NCBI GenBank assembly: GCA_051294375.1
Contig: CM119268.1
Location: forward strand, 4,082,404-4,146,403
Source: Paraspadella gotoi
Taxonomy: Eukaryota; Animalia; Chaetognatha
Length of the DNA stretch: 64,000 bases
Direction of reading: 5' to 3'
Positions within the stretch are counted from its first letter, which is position 1. Every line of letters starts with the position of its first letter. Position numbers and translations under genes: made by a program. Below the pieces are notes generated by a model. That model was given only the letters and a program-made list of their open reading frames with translations, had not been told where the DNA came from and did no database searches. Shown here piece after piece: positions 38,938-53,443 of the stretch.

Positions 38938-40623
38938 CTCTGTGAATGTTACATCTAGTATCCTTGTTGTAGCATAAGAATATGCCGGCTCTGAATCATG
39001 ACAATCCCATCGAGATTTCATCGTTAATTCTACGACCAACATCTTATTTGACCGACCTCTACCAATTTTCCTCGCGCCAAGACTTACCTCTGACAAACGA
39101 CTTTTACACTTCGTTTTCTGACGCTGATTTACACCGCGAACGCGTCGGTCCTCTTCTCTCTCTCCTCCTCTCTCTCTCATCTCATCTCTCTCTCTCTCTC
39201 CGATCTCTCTCTCTCCTCTCTCTCTCTCATTCTCTCTCTCTTTTCATCCCCATCACTTCCACTATGTTGTGAACATGGCATTCATTTATCATTCCTTATC
39301 CATTCATTCATCATGATTCATCATCATTCATTCATTCATTATCATCCTTCATCCATTCATCAGCATTATTTCATTAGTTAATAAAAATATCACGACGAAC
39401 GAATATTAGTTAATTAATATATTAAAACAATCTTTTGTTTTTAATTTCTCCTTTCTTCGGCAGAGGACGCCGTCTTCCCCTAATCTTAGGCGAGATTCTC
39501 GTAAAACAAAAACAAAAGAAGATTTTTTTTCGCATTCTCATTAGAAGAAACCAATTTTCTCTTCCGCGACGACAGACGGACGACCCGACGACGGCGAACG
39601 CGACAGTGGACCGAAAGCGACGGACGACGACGGTGGACGACGACGACGAACAAGGACCCCATGAACGAAAGATGACGGCGATGACGAGACGAAATAACGA
39701 CATCGACGACGACGACAAAAACAAAGTTGATGTCGAACAACTTGCGACGATGAACGAACGATGGACAGCTGACGATGACGATGGTGAAGATGACGAACGA
39801 AAAATATCGAAGTTTTGGACGACGATGACAGGATGATGACCACAAAGACGAGATGACACAATACGACAATGAGGACCACAGCAGCGGCGACGACAATACG
39901 AACGACGACGAAAATAACAGAACGACGACAATGTGTTCTACTACGTCGGAACAGACAACGATAAAAGGAGGAAAGAAACGATATAAAAGGAAACATTGTG
40001 AACTAAATTAATTTAAAAAAAAAAGAGAGAAATTGAACCGAGAAAAATTCCCAAATTGGGATAAATATTTTGCTTTCATGATTCTCAGGATGTTTTAGTA
40101 TTTATTAGCACTGCGTTCATGAGCGTTCAACCGTAATCTCTTTTTCACTTCTCTCTCTCTCTTTGACTCTCTATGCAATTAACACTGAGATGATTCTATC
40201 CCAATTTTCATTCTTGACGTTTTCCTTTCTTTCGATTTTTCTGTCATTTTTCCTGTTTTTATTCATACATTTTATTTTAGTTCGTCGATTTGTCGTATAG
40301 TCTTATCTATCTCTCCGTCGGTCTGACCCACTCACGTTAAAATGCTGCATAACTAGGTTAATATTTCATTAATATATGTTCATATTGGGTAAGAAGTTAA
40401 GGTCACATAGGACTCTTTAACTGCACATATTAATACTTTCGAAGACCACTTGAACACTAAAAAGTCGTGACATACCCCCAATTTACTGCAACCTAATTTT
40501 CGTGGCTCTTTTTGTTATTTTCAGAGACTTCAAATCTTAAGTGACTAACCAGAAATCTCCCTTGTGTTTTTAAATCGTATAAAAATAAAGATAAGGGACG
40601 TATTCTGAATTCTGTGTGTGTCG

Positions 40624-40677
<54 letters not shown>

Positions 40678-40739
40678 GAGAGAAGAGAGAGAGAGAGAGC
40701 TCAGAAGAAGAGAANNNNNNNNNNNNNNNNNNNNNNNNN

Positions 40740-40787
<48 letters not shown>

Positions 40788-41117
40788 GAGAAGAGAGAGA
40801 GAGATGAGAGAGAAGAGAGAGAGAGGCTCAGAGAGAGGAAACAGAAAGAGAGAGAGAAGAGATTATACTCTTTCATGTGTCAACCTTCTTAAACCAAAGT
40901 CAAACTATAGATGGCACTTCCACTACCATAATCCTTAATATTGAGTTTTTTTATTTTCTCTTCTTTCCCAGTTTTAAATCTTTATCATTTTTTTGATCTT
41001 CCGTCATCCCACGTGGGTCCACCCGCCCTAAATATTTCCTTACCCTTTCTTTTCCTACTTTCTCTGACCCAAAAAAAGTGGGCGGAGTCGGTTCAGCCGA
41101 TACCTCCACTTGAGGAG

Positions 41118-41199
<82 letters not shown>

Positions 41200-41325
41200 T
41201 TAAAGCCTCTTCTTGGCATTTCTCTGGCTAAAACCAAACTTTTTTTATTATTCTTTCCGTCTTGCATTTTAAGGAGAAGGGTGTGAGAGAAAGAAAAAAG
41301 AGAGAGAAAAGAGAGAGAGAGAGAG

Positions 41326-41367
<42 letters not shown>

Positions 41368-41714
41368 AGGTAACACGGATGCCTTGTCTGTACTCAAGGA
41401 ACCCGCACTCGCACGCCAGGGGAAGCTGATCTTTGAATGAAGAAATTGAGATGAATTGAGATTGGCGCCAAAGCATACTGTACCAAGAAGAGAAAAACTT
41501 TGTAATAATAGGCATTAATATTACCGGAAATATCTAAAAATAACTCAATTTCCAAAATATATTATAGAGTAATCATATAAAAGTGAATAAAGACCGACCG
41601 ACCAAAACCACTCATATGGAGTCGCCACAAAATGAATCTCCGCCTTGGCTTTTGGCGACCTGTACTCTCTCTCTCTTCAAGACGCGAACGATTTACCAGC
41701 TTCTGTTACTCGGT

Positions 41715-41780
41715 CCCTTCCTCCCGTTAGGCGCGTTGACCTCGGTAGCCCGAAGGTCCGGGTTCGAATCCATCCAATTC
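41715..41780 (+). mobile_element. tRNA-derived SINE-like head (copy at ~43895-43950)
   Basis: B box GGTTCGAATCC preceded by GAAGGTCC. No complete cloverleaf. Confidence 0.4.
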
Positions 41781-42230
41781 TAGATTAAGGAGGTCCGCTC
41801 GAGGAAGGGGGTGAGGGAGTGTCGAGGGGGTTGGTGAGAAGAAAGGGAAGTTGCACCCGCCGCGGCTAAAATCGTTTACTCTTCGTTTGTCACACACTAC
41901 AGAATCTTCCTTGTTTTATTTTAATTCATTATTAAAAGTAATACATATTTTATGTATATAATTAATGGTATATATTTCTCTTCAACTGTATTAATTTTTC
42001 AAATTTGTCTCGAATCAAGTTTCGTTGTTTTTCTCGAACGACCTTCGTTCATCTTAATTTCCTTTTCCCACTTACCCTCTTTTTTCAATAGAAGAAATCT
42101 GTTTGGTCTCACATTTTGACCTCTTCGATGGGAGACGCTGACTTACAAGCAAAACTTAACCTCCAAAAGTCTCAAGGACTCATCTGCTTAGAAACAGAGA
42201 CAAGAAACAAGCCTCATTCTCCGAAAACGA

Positions 42231-42282
42231 AAGTAAAGCCATAAGCTCATGACCACTGGGTAGCGACTTCAATTCCAACCCG
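42231..42282 (+). mobile_element. Fragment of the tRNA-Met-like head seen in the 15890-16121 LTR (copy ~44397-44447)
   Basis: AGTAAAGCCATAAGCTCATGACCACTGGGTA..GACTTCAATTCCAACCC matches AGTAAAGCCATCAGCTCATGACCACTAGGTACCGGGTTCAATCCCAACCC. Confidence 0.75.
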
Positions 42283-42522
42283 AAAAATCGAAAAAAAATA
42301 TGGAAATTAAAGAATTAAAAATAATAAATTTAAAATTTTAAAATGAGGAAAAAAAAGGAAAAGTTTCTTGAACAACTTTACGCGTTTACGCCGATTGAAA
42401 TTGGATGCTACATTCAACAAAGTCCAAATCTCGTCCAATAAACAAACTTGAAGACTCAAAAAGTTGAATTCTCTGCTTCGATCAGTTTGGTTGGAATCTA
42501 TCGACTGACGCAGAGGCGAATG

Positions 42523-42554
<32 letters not shown>

Positions 42555-42670
42555 GCAGGCGGAAGCGGGCTATAAGGAAACAGTGTCTCAACGGTGTTTC
42601 TCATCCTGCTTAATTTTCTTCTCCGTTCGATTTCAATGAAAGAGAACGACAGTTTTGGTTTTCTGCCTTG

Positions 42671-42709
<39 letters not shown>

Positions 42710-43286
42710 CTCTCTACCTCTTCTCTCTCTCTCTCTCTCAGACTATTGAGATCGTGATTTATGGAGTTTTTCGCTAAGTGGAGCATATTAGAAATCTAAA
42801 CAGGGAAGAAATTAAGCGGGAACGGAAACCCCATAAAATATGGAAAAATTAGACAAACCTTGGCAACCTTTTCCTCCCTCTCCTCTTCTCCTCTACTTCT
42901 CTCTCTCTCTCTCTTCTCGTCTCCTCTCTCTCACATTCTCTCCGCTTTCTCCTGTGAAAGAATATTTGTGCCTGGGATGAGAGAGAGAAACAGAAAGAGA
43001 GAGAGAAGAGATTTTACTCTTTCTCAGTGTCAACTTTAACCAAAGTCAAACTATAGATGGCACTTCCACTACCATAACTCCTTAATTCAATTGAAGTTTT
43101 TATTTTCTCTTCTTTTCCCAGATTTTAAATCTTTATCATTTTTTTGATCTTCCGTCAATCCCACGTGGGTCCACCCGCCCTAAATATTCCTTACCCTTTT
43201 CTTTTCCTACTTTCTTCTGACCCAAAGAAAAGTGGGCGGAGTCGGTTCAGCCGATACCTCCCACTTGAGGAGAAGAGAGAGAGAGA

Positions 43287-43342
<56 letters not shown>

Positions 43343-43491
43343 CAGAGAGAGACGAGTTAAAGCTCTTCTTGGCATTTCGGCTAAAACCAAACTTTTTTTA
43401 TTATCTTTCCGCTTGCATTTTAAGGAGAAGGGTGTGAGAGAAAGAAAAAGAGAAGAAAAGAGAGAGACGAGGAGAGAGAGAGAGAAAAGGA

Positions 43492-43535
<44 letters not shown>

Positions 43536-44684
43536 ACACGGATGCCTTGTCTGTACTCAAGGAACCCGCACTCGCAACGCCAGGGGAAGCTGATCTTTGA
43601 ATGAAGAAATTGAGATGAATTTGAAATTTGGCGCAAAGCATATCTGTTACCAAGAAGAGAAAAACTTTTGTAATAAATAGGCATTTAACCGGAAATTATC
43701 TTTAAAAATAACCTCAATTTCCAAAATAATATAAGATGTAAGATCATTATAAAAGTGATAAAAGACCGACCGACCAAAAAACCCACTCTATGGAGTCGCC
43801 ACAAAATGAATCTCCGCCTTGGCTTTTGGCGACCTTGACTCTTCTTCCAAGACGCGAACGATTTACCAGCGACTCTGTTACTCGGAATCCCTTCCCTCCC
43901 GTAGGCGCGTTGACCTCGGTAGCCCGAAGGTCCCGGGTTCGAATCCATCCAATTCTGATTAAGGAGTCGCTCGAGGAAGGGGGTGAGGGAGTGTCGAGGG
44001 GGTTGGTGAAGAAAAGGGAAGTTGCACCCCCGCGGCTAAAATCGTTTTACTCTTCGTTCTGTCACACTACAGAATCTTCCTTGTTTTATTTTAATTCATT
44101 ATTAAAAGTAATACATATTTTATGTATATTAATGTATATTGTAATTTATCTTTCAACTGTATTATTTTTCAAATTTGTCTCGATCAAGTTTCGTTGTTTT
44201 TCTCGAACGACCTTCGTTTTCTCTTAATTTCCTTTTCCCACTTACCCTCTTTTTCAATAGAAGAAATCTGTTTGGTCTCACATTTGACCTCTTCGATGGG
44301 AGACGCTGACTTACCAAGCAAAACTTAACCTCCAAAAGTCTCAAGGACTCATCTTGCTTGAGAAACAGAGACAAGAAACAAGCCTCATTCTCCGAAAAGT
44401 AAAGCCATAAGCTCATGACCACTGGGTACCGACTTCAATTCCAACCCGAAAAATCGAAAAAAATATGGAAATTAAAGAATTAAAATAATAAATTTAAAAT
44501 TTAAAATGAGGAAAAAAAAGGAAAAGTTTCTTGAACAACTTTACGCGTTTACGCCGATTGAAATTGGATGCTACATTCAAACAAAGTCCAAATCTCGTCA
44601 ATAAACAAACTTGAGACTCAAAAAGTTGAATTCTCTGCTTCGATCAGTTTTGGTTGGAATCTATCGACTGAGCAGAGGGAACTG

Positions 44685-44734
<50 letters not shown>

Positions 44735-45092
44735 AGCGGGCTAAGGAAACAGTGTCTCAACGGTTTCTCTCTCGCTTAATTTTCTTCTCCGTTCGATTTC
44801 AATGAAAGAGNNNNNNNNNNNNNNNNNNNNNNNNNNNNNNNNNNNNNNNNNNNNNNNNNNNNNNNNNNNNNNNNNNNNNNNNNNNNNNNNNNNNNNNNNN
44901 NNNNNNNNNNNNNNNNNNNNNNNNNNNNNNNNNNNNNNNNNNNNNNNNNNNNNNNNNNNNNNNNNNNNNNNNNNNNNNNNNNNNNNNNNNNNNNNNNNNN
45001 NNNNNNNNNNNNNNNNNNNNNNNNNNNNNNNNNNNNNNNNNNNNGAACGACAGTTTGGTTTTCTCTGCCCTTCTTGCCCTTGTTTCTCTTCT

Positions 45093-45174
<82 letters not shown>

Positions 45175-45179
45175 AGACT

Positions 45180-45216
<37 letters not shown>

Positions 45217-45222
<6 letters not shown>

Positions 45223-46031
45223 ATAAAGAAAATGTAAAGCTCTAATTGCCAGTGATATAGAGTCAAAACAAAAAAGATGAGAGCAGAGGAGAAATAAACA
45301 ATAGTGAAACCAATTTTACTAGTTTTCTGAATAATCAGTAATGGGAAAATATTTTACTCATACTCATTTCCAGATAGTTTAAACAACAGACTAGACGCAG
45401 ACATGTATAAGAACTTCAATATTCAGATATCATCTCGGCTGAATTAAAATAAAGTCGCAATAAATTAAATATTAAGTTAAGTTTCAGCTTGTGATCTCTC
45501 CATCTACTTCACGAAAACGGACACTGCTTGCTCAAGAGCTTATTCGTGACCCGCTGAGGGTGGCCGGTGAGGAAAATCCCTTTTCCGTTGCCCGTGGGAG
45601 TTGTCAAGAAAGTGACGGATAGTAATCTTCAGTTCACTTAGCACCTAGAAAATCACGTCTTAGTTCCTTTGTCGATTATGAATCGCGTCACGTGAAGAAG
45701 TTGATTTGTTTCTTCTGATGATACTTGTGTTTGTGTTTCACGTTCTCAACATAGTAGTTTGTAATTACATTTGCGCGTTTTCGCCAAGACGCAAAATCGC
45801 AATTCTCACCATTGTCACGACCGATTTCTTCCTCATGCACTCCACCCCCCGCGTGAAAAAGCAATTTGATGCACGAGATTCACAAATCTCCACGAAATTT
45901 CTTTTCTTTTTTCGAAAACAAACATTGTTATAAATTTTATATCGCTTCATAGCGCAGCGTGAGTCGCCCAGAACATTGACGCATAATAATTCAAAGGGTT
46001 TGTTCTAATGAACTCAATTTTTATCACAATA
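45217..46031 (+). repeat. Duplicate of ~25950-26843
   Basis: Colinear match with indels. Confidence 0.9.
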
Positions 46032-46063
46032 GGTATTATAAATATAAACATCTCTTCATTCTC

Positions 46064-46108
<45 letters not shown>

Positions 46109-46267
46109 TCTCTATCTGTCTCTCTCTCTCTTTCCCTTTAGCATCTTCGGCTTTAAAAAAATATTGGTTCACCAGAGCAAAAGTCAAGAATCCATCTTCG
46201 CCTCTGCTGATAAAATTTCAGCCTATTTTCACCGCCGCGTCTGCATTAAATCTTATCGTGGAAAAAA

Positions 46268-46362
<95 letters not shown>

Positions 46363-49300
46363 AGAACACGTGCAGGATTGATAAAAAAATGATAAAAAAA
46401 GAAGAAAAAACAGGAAAAAAAAACATAAAAAAGTAAAGAAAGAAAGAAAGAAAATAATTGAGAAGGAAGAAAAAAAAGTAAACAAACAAACATGGATGCA
46501 TATTTAAAAAAAAAACATTGTCTAAACAAAAACATGTTACAATGCAATTGTGTATTACTCTTTCCCTCGACCAAGGAAGCAGTTTGGTTTGGCAAGGACT
46601 TACAACTTACGAGGGATCTCTTTAAGACTCCCAAGCTTTAGGGAATTGAAGGAAGAAAATAAGGGAGGAAGGAAAAGAAAAAGGGAAAAAAGGAAATGAA
46701 AAAAGAAAAGGAAGGGTAAAAAAAAGGAGGCAAAGCTTTCCTAGGAAGGAAAGGAAGCGTTCGCAGCCCCAAATCTCAGAAACTCAGACTCAAAAATCCA
46801 ATTTCAGTGGCTTCTTTTTTGCGAGAGAGAGGAGAGAGAGAGAGAGAGAGAGAGCAGAGAGAGAGAGAGGGAGAGAGAGAGACGAGGGAGAGAGAGGAAG
46901 GGAGAGAAAGAGAGAGAGAGAGAGAGGCACGAAACTTACAATCTGAACAACAAAAATTTTACAAAACAAAGACGCAACATAAAAGAAAAGAGCAAATAAA
47001 AGCAGAAGCGGAGGCAAAGGAATCTTTAAAGAGCAGGCGAATCGAGGGTGGAAAAGGCATATGTACGCGCGAGTCCGATATTTACAGTCGGTTTCTCTCA
47101 AAACGAAACTGGAGGCGGCGTTTCTTCTTTCCAGATTCTTACTTGTTTCTTTAGGAGAATCCGAGTTGGCGGGGTGTACACTGTACACTGTACACTGTAC
47201 AGTGGGCGAGGTAATTACCGGACGTTTCTTTTTGATTTCTTCTTCGTTTCGAGATTAGCTTTAACCGAGTCTCACAGGAATATGTATTCGCTAACAATTT
47301 CCAAATTTGTGCTCTCTTTTTCGAGTATGCCCCATTTCTGTTCTTTTATCCCAGAATTTAATTTTAATAACTCTAATCTCTAACCTATATGACATTTATG
47401 TATAAACCAATATAAACCAAATCTCTAACCCATTTCACAAACAAACAAACAACATCCATAATCATTAACCTCATCGCTGGCCTAATCCTTAACCCTGACC
47501 TCGTCTTTAACTAAAAAAATGAACCTAATTCCGAATTTAAAACAAAATCGGGCGTTCTGGGAAAACAAGGCCATAATACCTTTGTTTAGAAGATTTTAAA
47601 TAATGATGAGTAAATAGTAATAAACTATTAAAAAGGTGAAGGATGTAGCTGGTAAACAGTTAACCCGGTTAATTGGTCGGTTCCAACTGGCTCGAATCCC
47701 TGTCTTTTTGTTTGCCTCCGTCTCCCATCGCAAATGTGTGGCCGATGTTGGTTTTACGCGATTCCGACCAAATATGTTTTGTAAACAGCGTTGTTAATCA
47801 TTACAGTTCAGTTGGGGTCTGGTTACGTCTTCCGGATTGTGGCATGCAGAAAGATGAATGAGTCCTTTAAATATTTAATCGCAAGCACAATCAATGAAAT
47901 TATTTAAAATTTTACTTTCATAATAAAGTAACGGTTACAGTTAGGACAAATATCCACCCCACCTAATTTTTTGGTCATTGTAATTCAACGTTAGAAGATG
48001 ACAGGAATTTATGACAAAAACAATTTTATGCTTTTTTTTGCTTCCTATACTGTAACTCCATTTCAAAAGTTCAATTTTAGTGTAATTTTAGTGTAATTTT
48101 AGCTAACAGTGATTTATTGGCAACTCTATATCATAAGTTATAATGAGAAATTATTCTCATGCTCGCGGACAGACTGATATCTCTGAATTCGGCGCTCTCA
48201 AAAAATGAAAATAATCAGTCAGTCTTTTAAAAAATAAATTGGAAGGAAAACTGTGAAGAAATCGATTGTGAAAAGTTGGGAAAACGGAGTCTCTTCATCT
48301 TGTTACCGACATGTCCGTTTTTAATAAAAAAAACGGTTGTTTTTTTTTCTAAAACTAAAACTTGGTAACTTTTTAAAATTTTAAAATTGTATAATAAGAG
48401 AGAAAATCGGTTTTGTAAAAAAGCGTAACAAATAGAAAAAAAAAAAAAAAAAAAAAAACTATACGTTACTGTTAGTTACAAAAGAGTCTTAACAATATAA
48501 TCACGAAAACTTTCCGACATTTTGTTTAACCAAACTGAAGGGGGAGGAAAGGAAAAGAGATGCTAAGAAAAATAACCACGCGAGCGTGATGAAAAAGATA
48601 TGTTACATGTACGTTAAATTTCCTAAATGACATAATCCTATGAAGGTTAATAGCCCAGAAAAAAAATCGCCTCAATTCAAATCCGATCAACTTCTTAAAT
48701 GAAAAAAAAGATAGAAGCGAAGATCTTGTTGAATGAAAGTGAAAGATTCGGAGAACATTTAACGACCAGTTGCTGCATCCAGGGATATCCCAGTTGACCA
48801 TATGGATAAATTTTCAATTGTTTCCTTTCTGAACTCCCAAAATTAAGTCGAGATATTTAAAAAACTACCCAAAAAGTGTTAAAAAAAAAATCCTTAAACT
48901 AAAATTAAAAAAAAAAAAGAATAAATTAATTTAGTCTGTGATTTTGATTGACTTCCGCTTTCTCTCTTTACAATTTAATAAAAAGAAATTTGCATTCGAA
49001 AGGAAAAAAGCGGATGTGCGATTACATTCATCCTTTTCAAACAACAACCAAACCAAAACAAACCACCCGGACCCCGACGTACGAATACCAACTTCAGATT
49101 TTCCCACCCTTTTTTTAATCTTAGTGCCAAAGCGAAATTTAAAAATTTTTTTTTTTTCCCGGTGTGTCGTCACAGCTGGCTTATCTTAATTTTTGTTGGT
49201 TCCTGCCCAGAAGCAAATCTTCCAAGCCAAAATGATTCTGAGCTAAAAGGGGGCGGAAGGAGAAAGGAGAAAGAAAGAGGACAAGACGAGGAAGAAGACC

Positions 49301-51749
49301 AGAAAGAGAGATTAGAGATAGAGAAGAGAGAGACGCGAGAGAGAGAGACGAGACCTGGAGAGAGGAGAGAAGAGAGAGAAGAGAAGAGACGAGGAGTGAG
49401 AGAGAGAGAGAGAGAAGAGGAGAGATTATTCCTACGCGAATGGAAATGATTTTAGAGAAGCGCATTCGATTTTCTCAGAATCCATTGTCATCGCGTATCC
49501 GAAAAAAAAATGTTTTCTCAGTTTTTTCGTCGCTCGATTTAGTTGAGATCGGAGAGGAAAAACAAAAACATCTTGAGGTTCGAGAAAGAATAAAAAAAGG
49601 GACTGGGGTGTAATTGAATATTTTTATTCTAAAATTTGAAAAAAATATACTAAGAAGTTAGTAATATTACATATGTTTGTATCTTTGACAAACAAGTTTA
49701 AACTCTTCGTAAAAAATGTCATACAGAAAGAAATGGCAAGAAAACCAATCAGAAACCGCAAAACCGAGTTTGAAAGGACCAAGAAAGAAGGTCATCTCAG
49801 ATATTTGGTTACATGGAGTTAACAGAGAGTTTTTCAATACGTTAAAACATTGACGTACCAAAAAAATTAAAAATACTTATAATTTTAATTCAAATTTAAT
49901 TAATTTAAATAACACTCAATTTTATTGTTACTCAAGATTCATAGAAATATTTCAACCCCTGGATCGGTCTAACTTTTGAGTCTTATCGGGACATGCAACT
50001 TAAAGAATTCAGACCAATGATGCATTTGAAGCAGGCGCCAAGCATAAATCGAATTTTAATGAACGCCCTTGAGAAACGTACAAGGTCACCAGAAGGGATA
50101 TTTTTAAAAGGGAAAAAATGTTTATTTACGTCGTCAATTCCTTGTATAGAAATTCTCTTCATAAACCAAGTAAAAATATTCATTTAAAAAAAACATTATT
50201 CACCTGTCTTCAAAAAAAAAAAAAACTGTTACTTTTAATATTTTACATTTACAAAACATTTTAATAAAACACATATTATTATAATTTCATCACGGATTCC
50301 ATCACAAATATTTCTTTGGCATTCCTCCGCATTTTCACCCGTTCTGTTTTGCTTGCGGAATTTGGTCCAGCAGTCACAAGCGACAAGCTTCCGGCAGGGA
50401 AAAGCTGATAGATAAAATTAAATATATCAACTACTCTAAACTAACATTTTAAACTTTAAAATCCTCCAAGTCGTTTTTACCCAGAGTAGCGCCCTCATCC
50501 GGCGCAGCAGCGACATGAGAGAGAGAAAAAAATGCCAAATGATTCGTGGAGAATCTTAATAGGAGAGAAGGACGCCAGTCTTTGTTATGTGGTTTCTTTT
50601 AATTTTGAGAATTTGAGATTACAATTAAAAATTATTCAAAATGACATTCGTTTGAAATTTTTTATGAAATTATTAAAAGAATTCATTCTCTGCAAATTGA
50701 GCCAAGACTACTGGGTCTTTAAATTTCAAAGCAGAAATTTAACTTTAATTTGAAATTTTGGTCACTGAAAAAAATCAATTTCAAATTTATCTTCTGTTCC
50801 CGGAAATCTGTCTGTCATGCTAACCAATCCCGCATGACTATTTTCCGCAATGGTTTTTTTTTTTTGTTAATGTCTTAATCAACATAATCGGATAAAATAT
50901 ACAACGACAAGCTAGATCTCATCTTATCGTTGGACTTAAAAAAAAAAAATCCCCACAACAACAACAACAAAATCGGTTCCCAAACCACCAACCTAATTGG
51001 GCCGGGCCGAGAGAGTTGCGTGTGCGGTGTGTGCGGATATCCCTCGTCCGAAAAAATAGAATAGCGCCCCGCCAGAAAAGACGCCGAGAAAACACAAGAT
51101 TAAAAAAGGAAAATGGCGCCAAAAAAAGGCCGCCGTTCTTGACTCTTTCCGTGGATCTTGTAGGAAGAGAATCTGCGGCAATGGCGAATCTCGCCCCGCG
51201 AAAACAAGGTTAAGATGGTCGACGCCGATGACGGCGTCCATAAGATCGTAAGTCGTCCAACAATTCTGTGGCGAAAGCTGACGGCGATTAGAAGCCTGAG
51301 AGAGAAGAGAGAGAATAGACGAAGAGAGAGAGAGAGAGACGAAGAGGATGGAGAGAGAGGAGGAGAAGATGAGAGAGAGAGAGAAGAAACAGACGGAGAA
51401 GCAGAGAAGAGGAGAGAGAGAGAGGAGACGAGAGAGAGAGAGAGAGGAAGAGAACAGGCGAATGGAACTGATAAACAAAACAGATTAAAAGTTTTACTTT
51501 TATTTAAAAACATTAATTATAAATTGAATTAAAACCTATTGCCAAAATGACCGCGACGTAGCAAAGGTGCGTGAAGTTGTTATGATCATTTGACTTTCTC
51601 GTCCGTGTCATCGTCATCATTCATTTATCTCACTCCTCTCTTCGCCGACACAAACTTTTTACATGCCAGATATAAATAAAATCCGGTTCCTTCTCGCCGC
51701 TCCAACCAAGGAGAATGACGAACCAAATCAGACAAGACCAAACTAGTCG

Positions 51750-53250
51750 AAATCTTTATATACACCGCCATTTTCCAAAATGCTTCAGTCAGAACTGAAC
51801 GTCTCGTAATGATCGATGCTCGATCGCCGGATCCGAGAAAGTTAAGAATGATCAAGGAGGAAACAAAGAAATTCCCAAGAAGAGCCGAAGAGCCTCATCG
51901 CTTTCCAGTATTCTCGAGTCGTACGGTTTTGCGAATCGGACGTCGGAGACCAAACGAAGAATTTCCTCAGCTTCCGTATCCTGGCCTAGTCGAATCTCCA
52001 AAGTTGCCTCCTCGACGCTGGAGGCCAGCCCCTTCGGAACACGGAGACGCAAATTACGAGCGAATGCGAGAAGAATATTCCGATTTTTGTCCCAATGGAA
52101 GAGAGTCTTCGACGGACAAATGATGATAAATCAATTGAGAAGATCCACGGAACGAGAGAAGGCGACGGCTTGACTCGTCCGTAATCAAATGTAGGTGAGG
52201 TGGTTCATTTTGTAGCACCTTTGCTGCATACAGACCAGCTGGAGAAGGAGACACATCCCGGTTGTACCATGAAGGGTACCTTGGAAGAGATTGCATTTGT
52301 CGGGAATGTCTAACCGGCATTCCAGTAGGAAGGAGAATAGCATTTGTCGTTGGACAGAAGCAAATGTCTTTATTTTCCCGTTGAGCTGCGAGAGAAAATA
52401 TTAGCCCAAACGGATTGAAAGCTGGGATGCGAAGACCTATGTTCATTAATATCGTTAAAGGAAGAAGGCGTTCCAATTCCAATGTGGAACATTCGCGAAT
52501 TCTTCGTGATTATCGAAGTCTTTCCGTAGTGTTCACATTATCAAGATGTTATCTCGGCGGACCGAGTCAATCTACAAAACGTTGACTTGGTAGATTAGAG
52601 TCATAAGGGTTCCCGTGAGGAAGAGGAAATAAAAACATGAATCCCGTAACTGGATCTAAATGTGACTATCGTAGATGTCCAGGCGAAAAGTCTCCTTGGC
52701 AGATCTGAAGAAGTTCCTCTTGGCGTAGATGGCGACGAACCAATTTGCATTCGCCATTCGGGGTTCCCGATCGTTTTGACAGAGAAAAACGTCGCCCTCT
52801 TCAGAAAAGTTTTGTACGCGCTAACTCTTGTGAATTTTCATTGACGCATCGAAATCCTTTAACGTTCCGGACAATTTATGGGGGTCCACCATAACATTTT
52901 CTGTAACGGCCGTTCTCGAGTCCGCCGTCGTTTCGTATCGATCGAAATTCGTAGATAATGAGTCTTCGTTCGAATTGCTCGATCAAGATTTCGTTTGAGT
53001 TCAGCGCGAGTTCTCCGAAAACTAACTTCTCCTCGCAATTGATTCTACTGAATGGTGAGACAGAGTAAGTTTTCGCTCCGTTTGAGGAATAATTGTAAAA
53101 GTTTTTGACCTCGCGTCGATGCATAGATGTTCGGCTGCTGCCAGTTGCTCGATCGAATGTTTTATCTTTTTTGTCGTTGACGCAATTCGAACGCCAGCCG
53201 ACACGGAAGCGGCGGCGAAAGGACAAAGCGAGGCCGAGTGGGAATTTCAT
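51750..53250 (-). pseudogene. Frameshifted, apparently intronless gene for a signal-peptide membrane protein (pseudogene or sequencing errors)
   Basis: ~1.5 kb non-repetitive, coding-like composition. ATG at 53250 gives MKFPLGLALSF/AAASVSAG across a frameshift. Hydrophobic stretches CFYFLFLTGTLMTLIYQV, FGLIFSLAAQ and LLGNFFVSSLIILNFLG lie in shifting frames. Confidence 0.4.
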
Positions 53251-53443
53251 TTTAGAAATAAAAGAGCAACGGATGGCGCCCTTAGTATTCTTGTGTTCGT
53301 AAGAGGAGTTCTTCTTAAAAGATCGTTCGCTTTTATATTTAGCTATTAGAAATTTATATCACGACGATTTGTTTAATGTTTAACGACTGATGATGTGGGA
53401 AGAAAAGCGTAAAAACTGATAATTATAAAGATAAAAGACGGAA

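Larger units (their letters stand above)
40845..45185 (+). repeat. Tandem duplication of a ~2 kb unit (40845-42750 / 42983-45185) with (GA)n, (GGC)n and tRNA-like fragments
   Basis: Colinear match between the two units. Confidence 0.9.

Noticed and set aside
47638-47705. GGATGTAGCTGG...GGCTCGAATCCC as a tRNA gene
   Set aside because: Only A/B-box-like words, and the stems do not pair.
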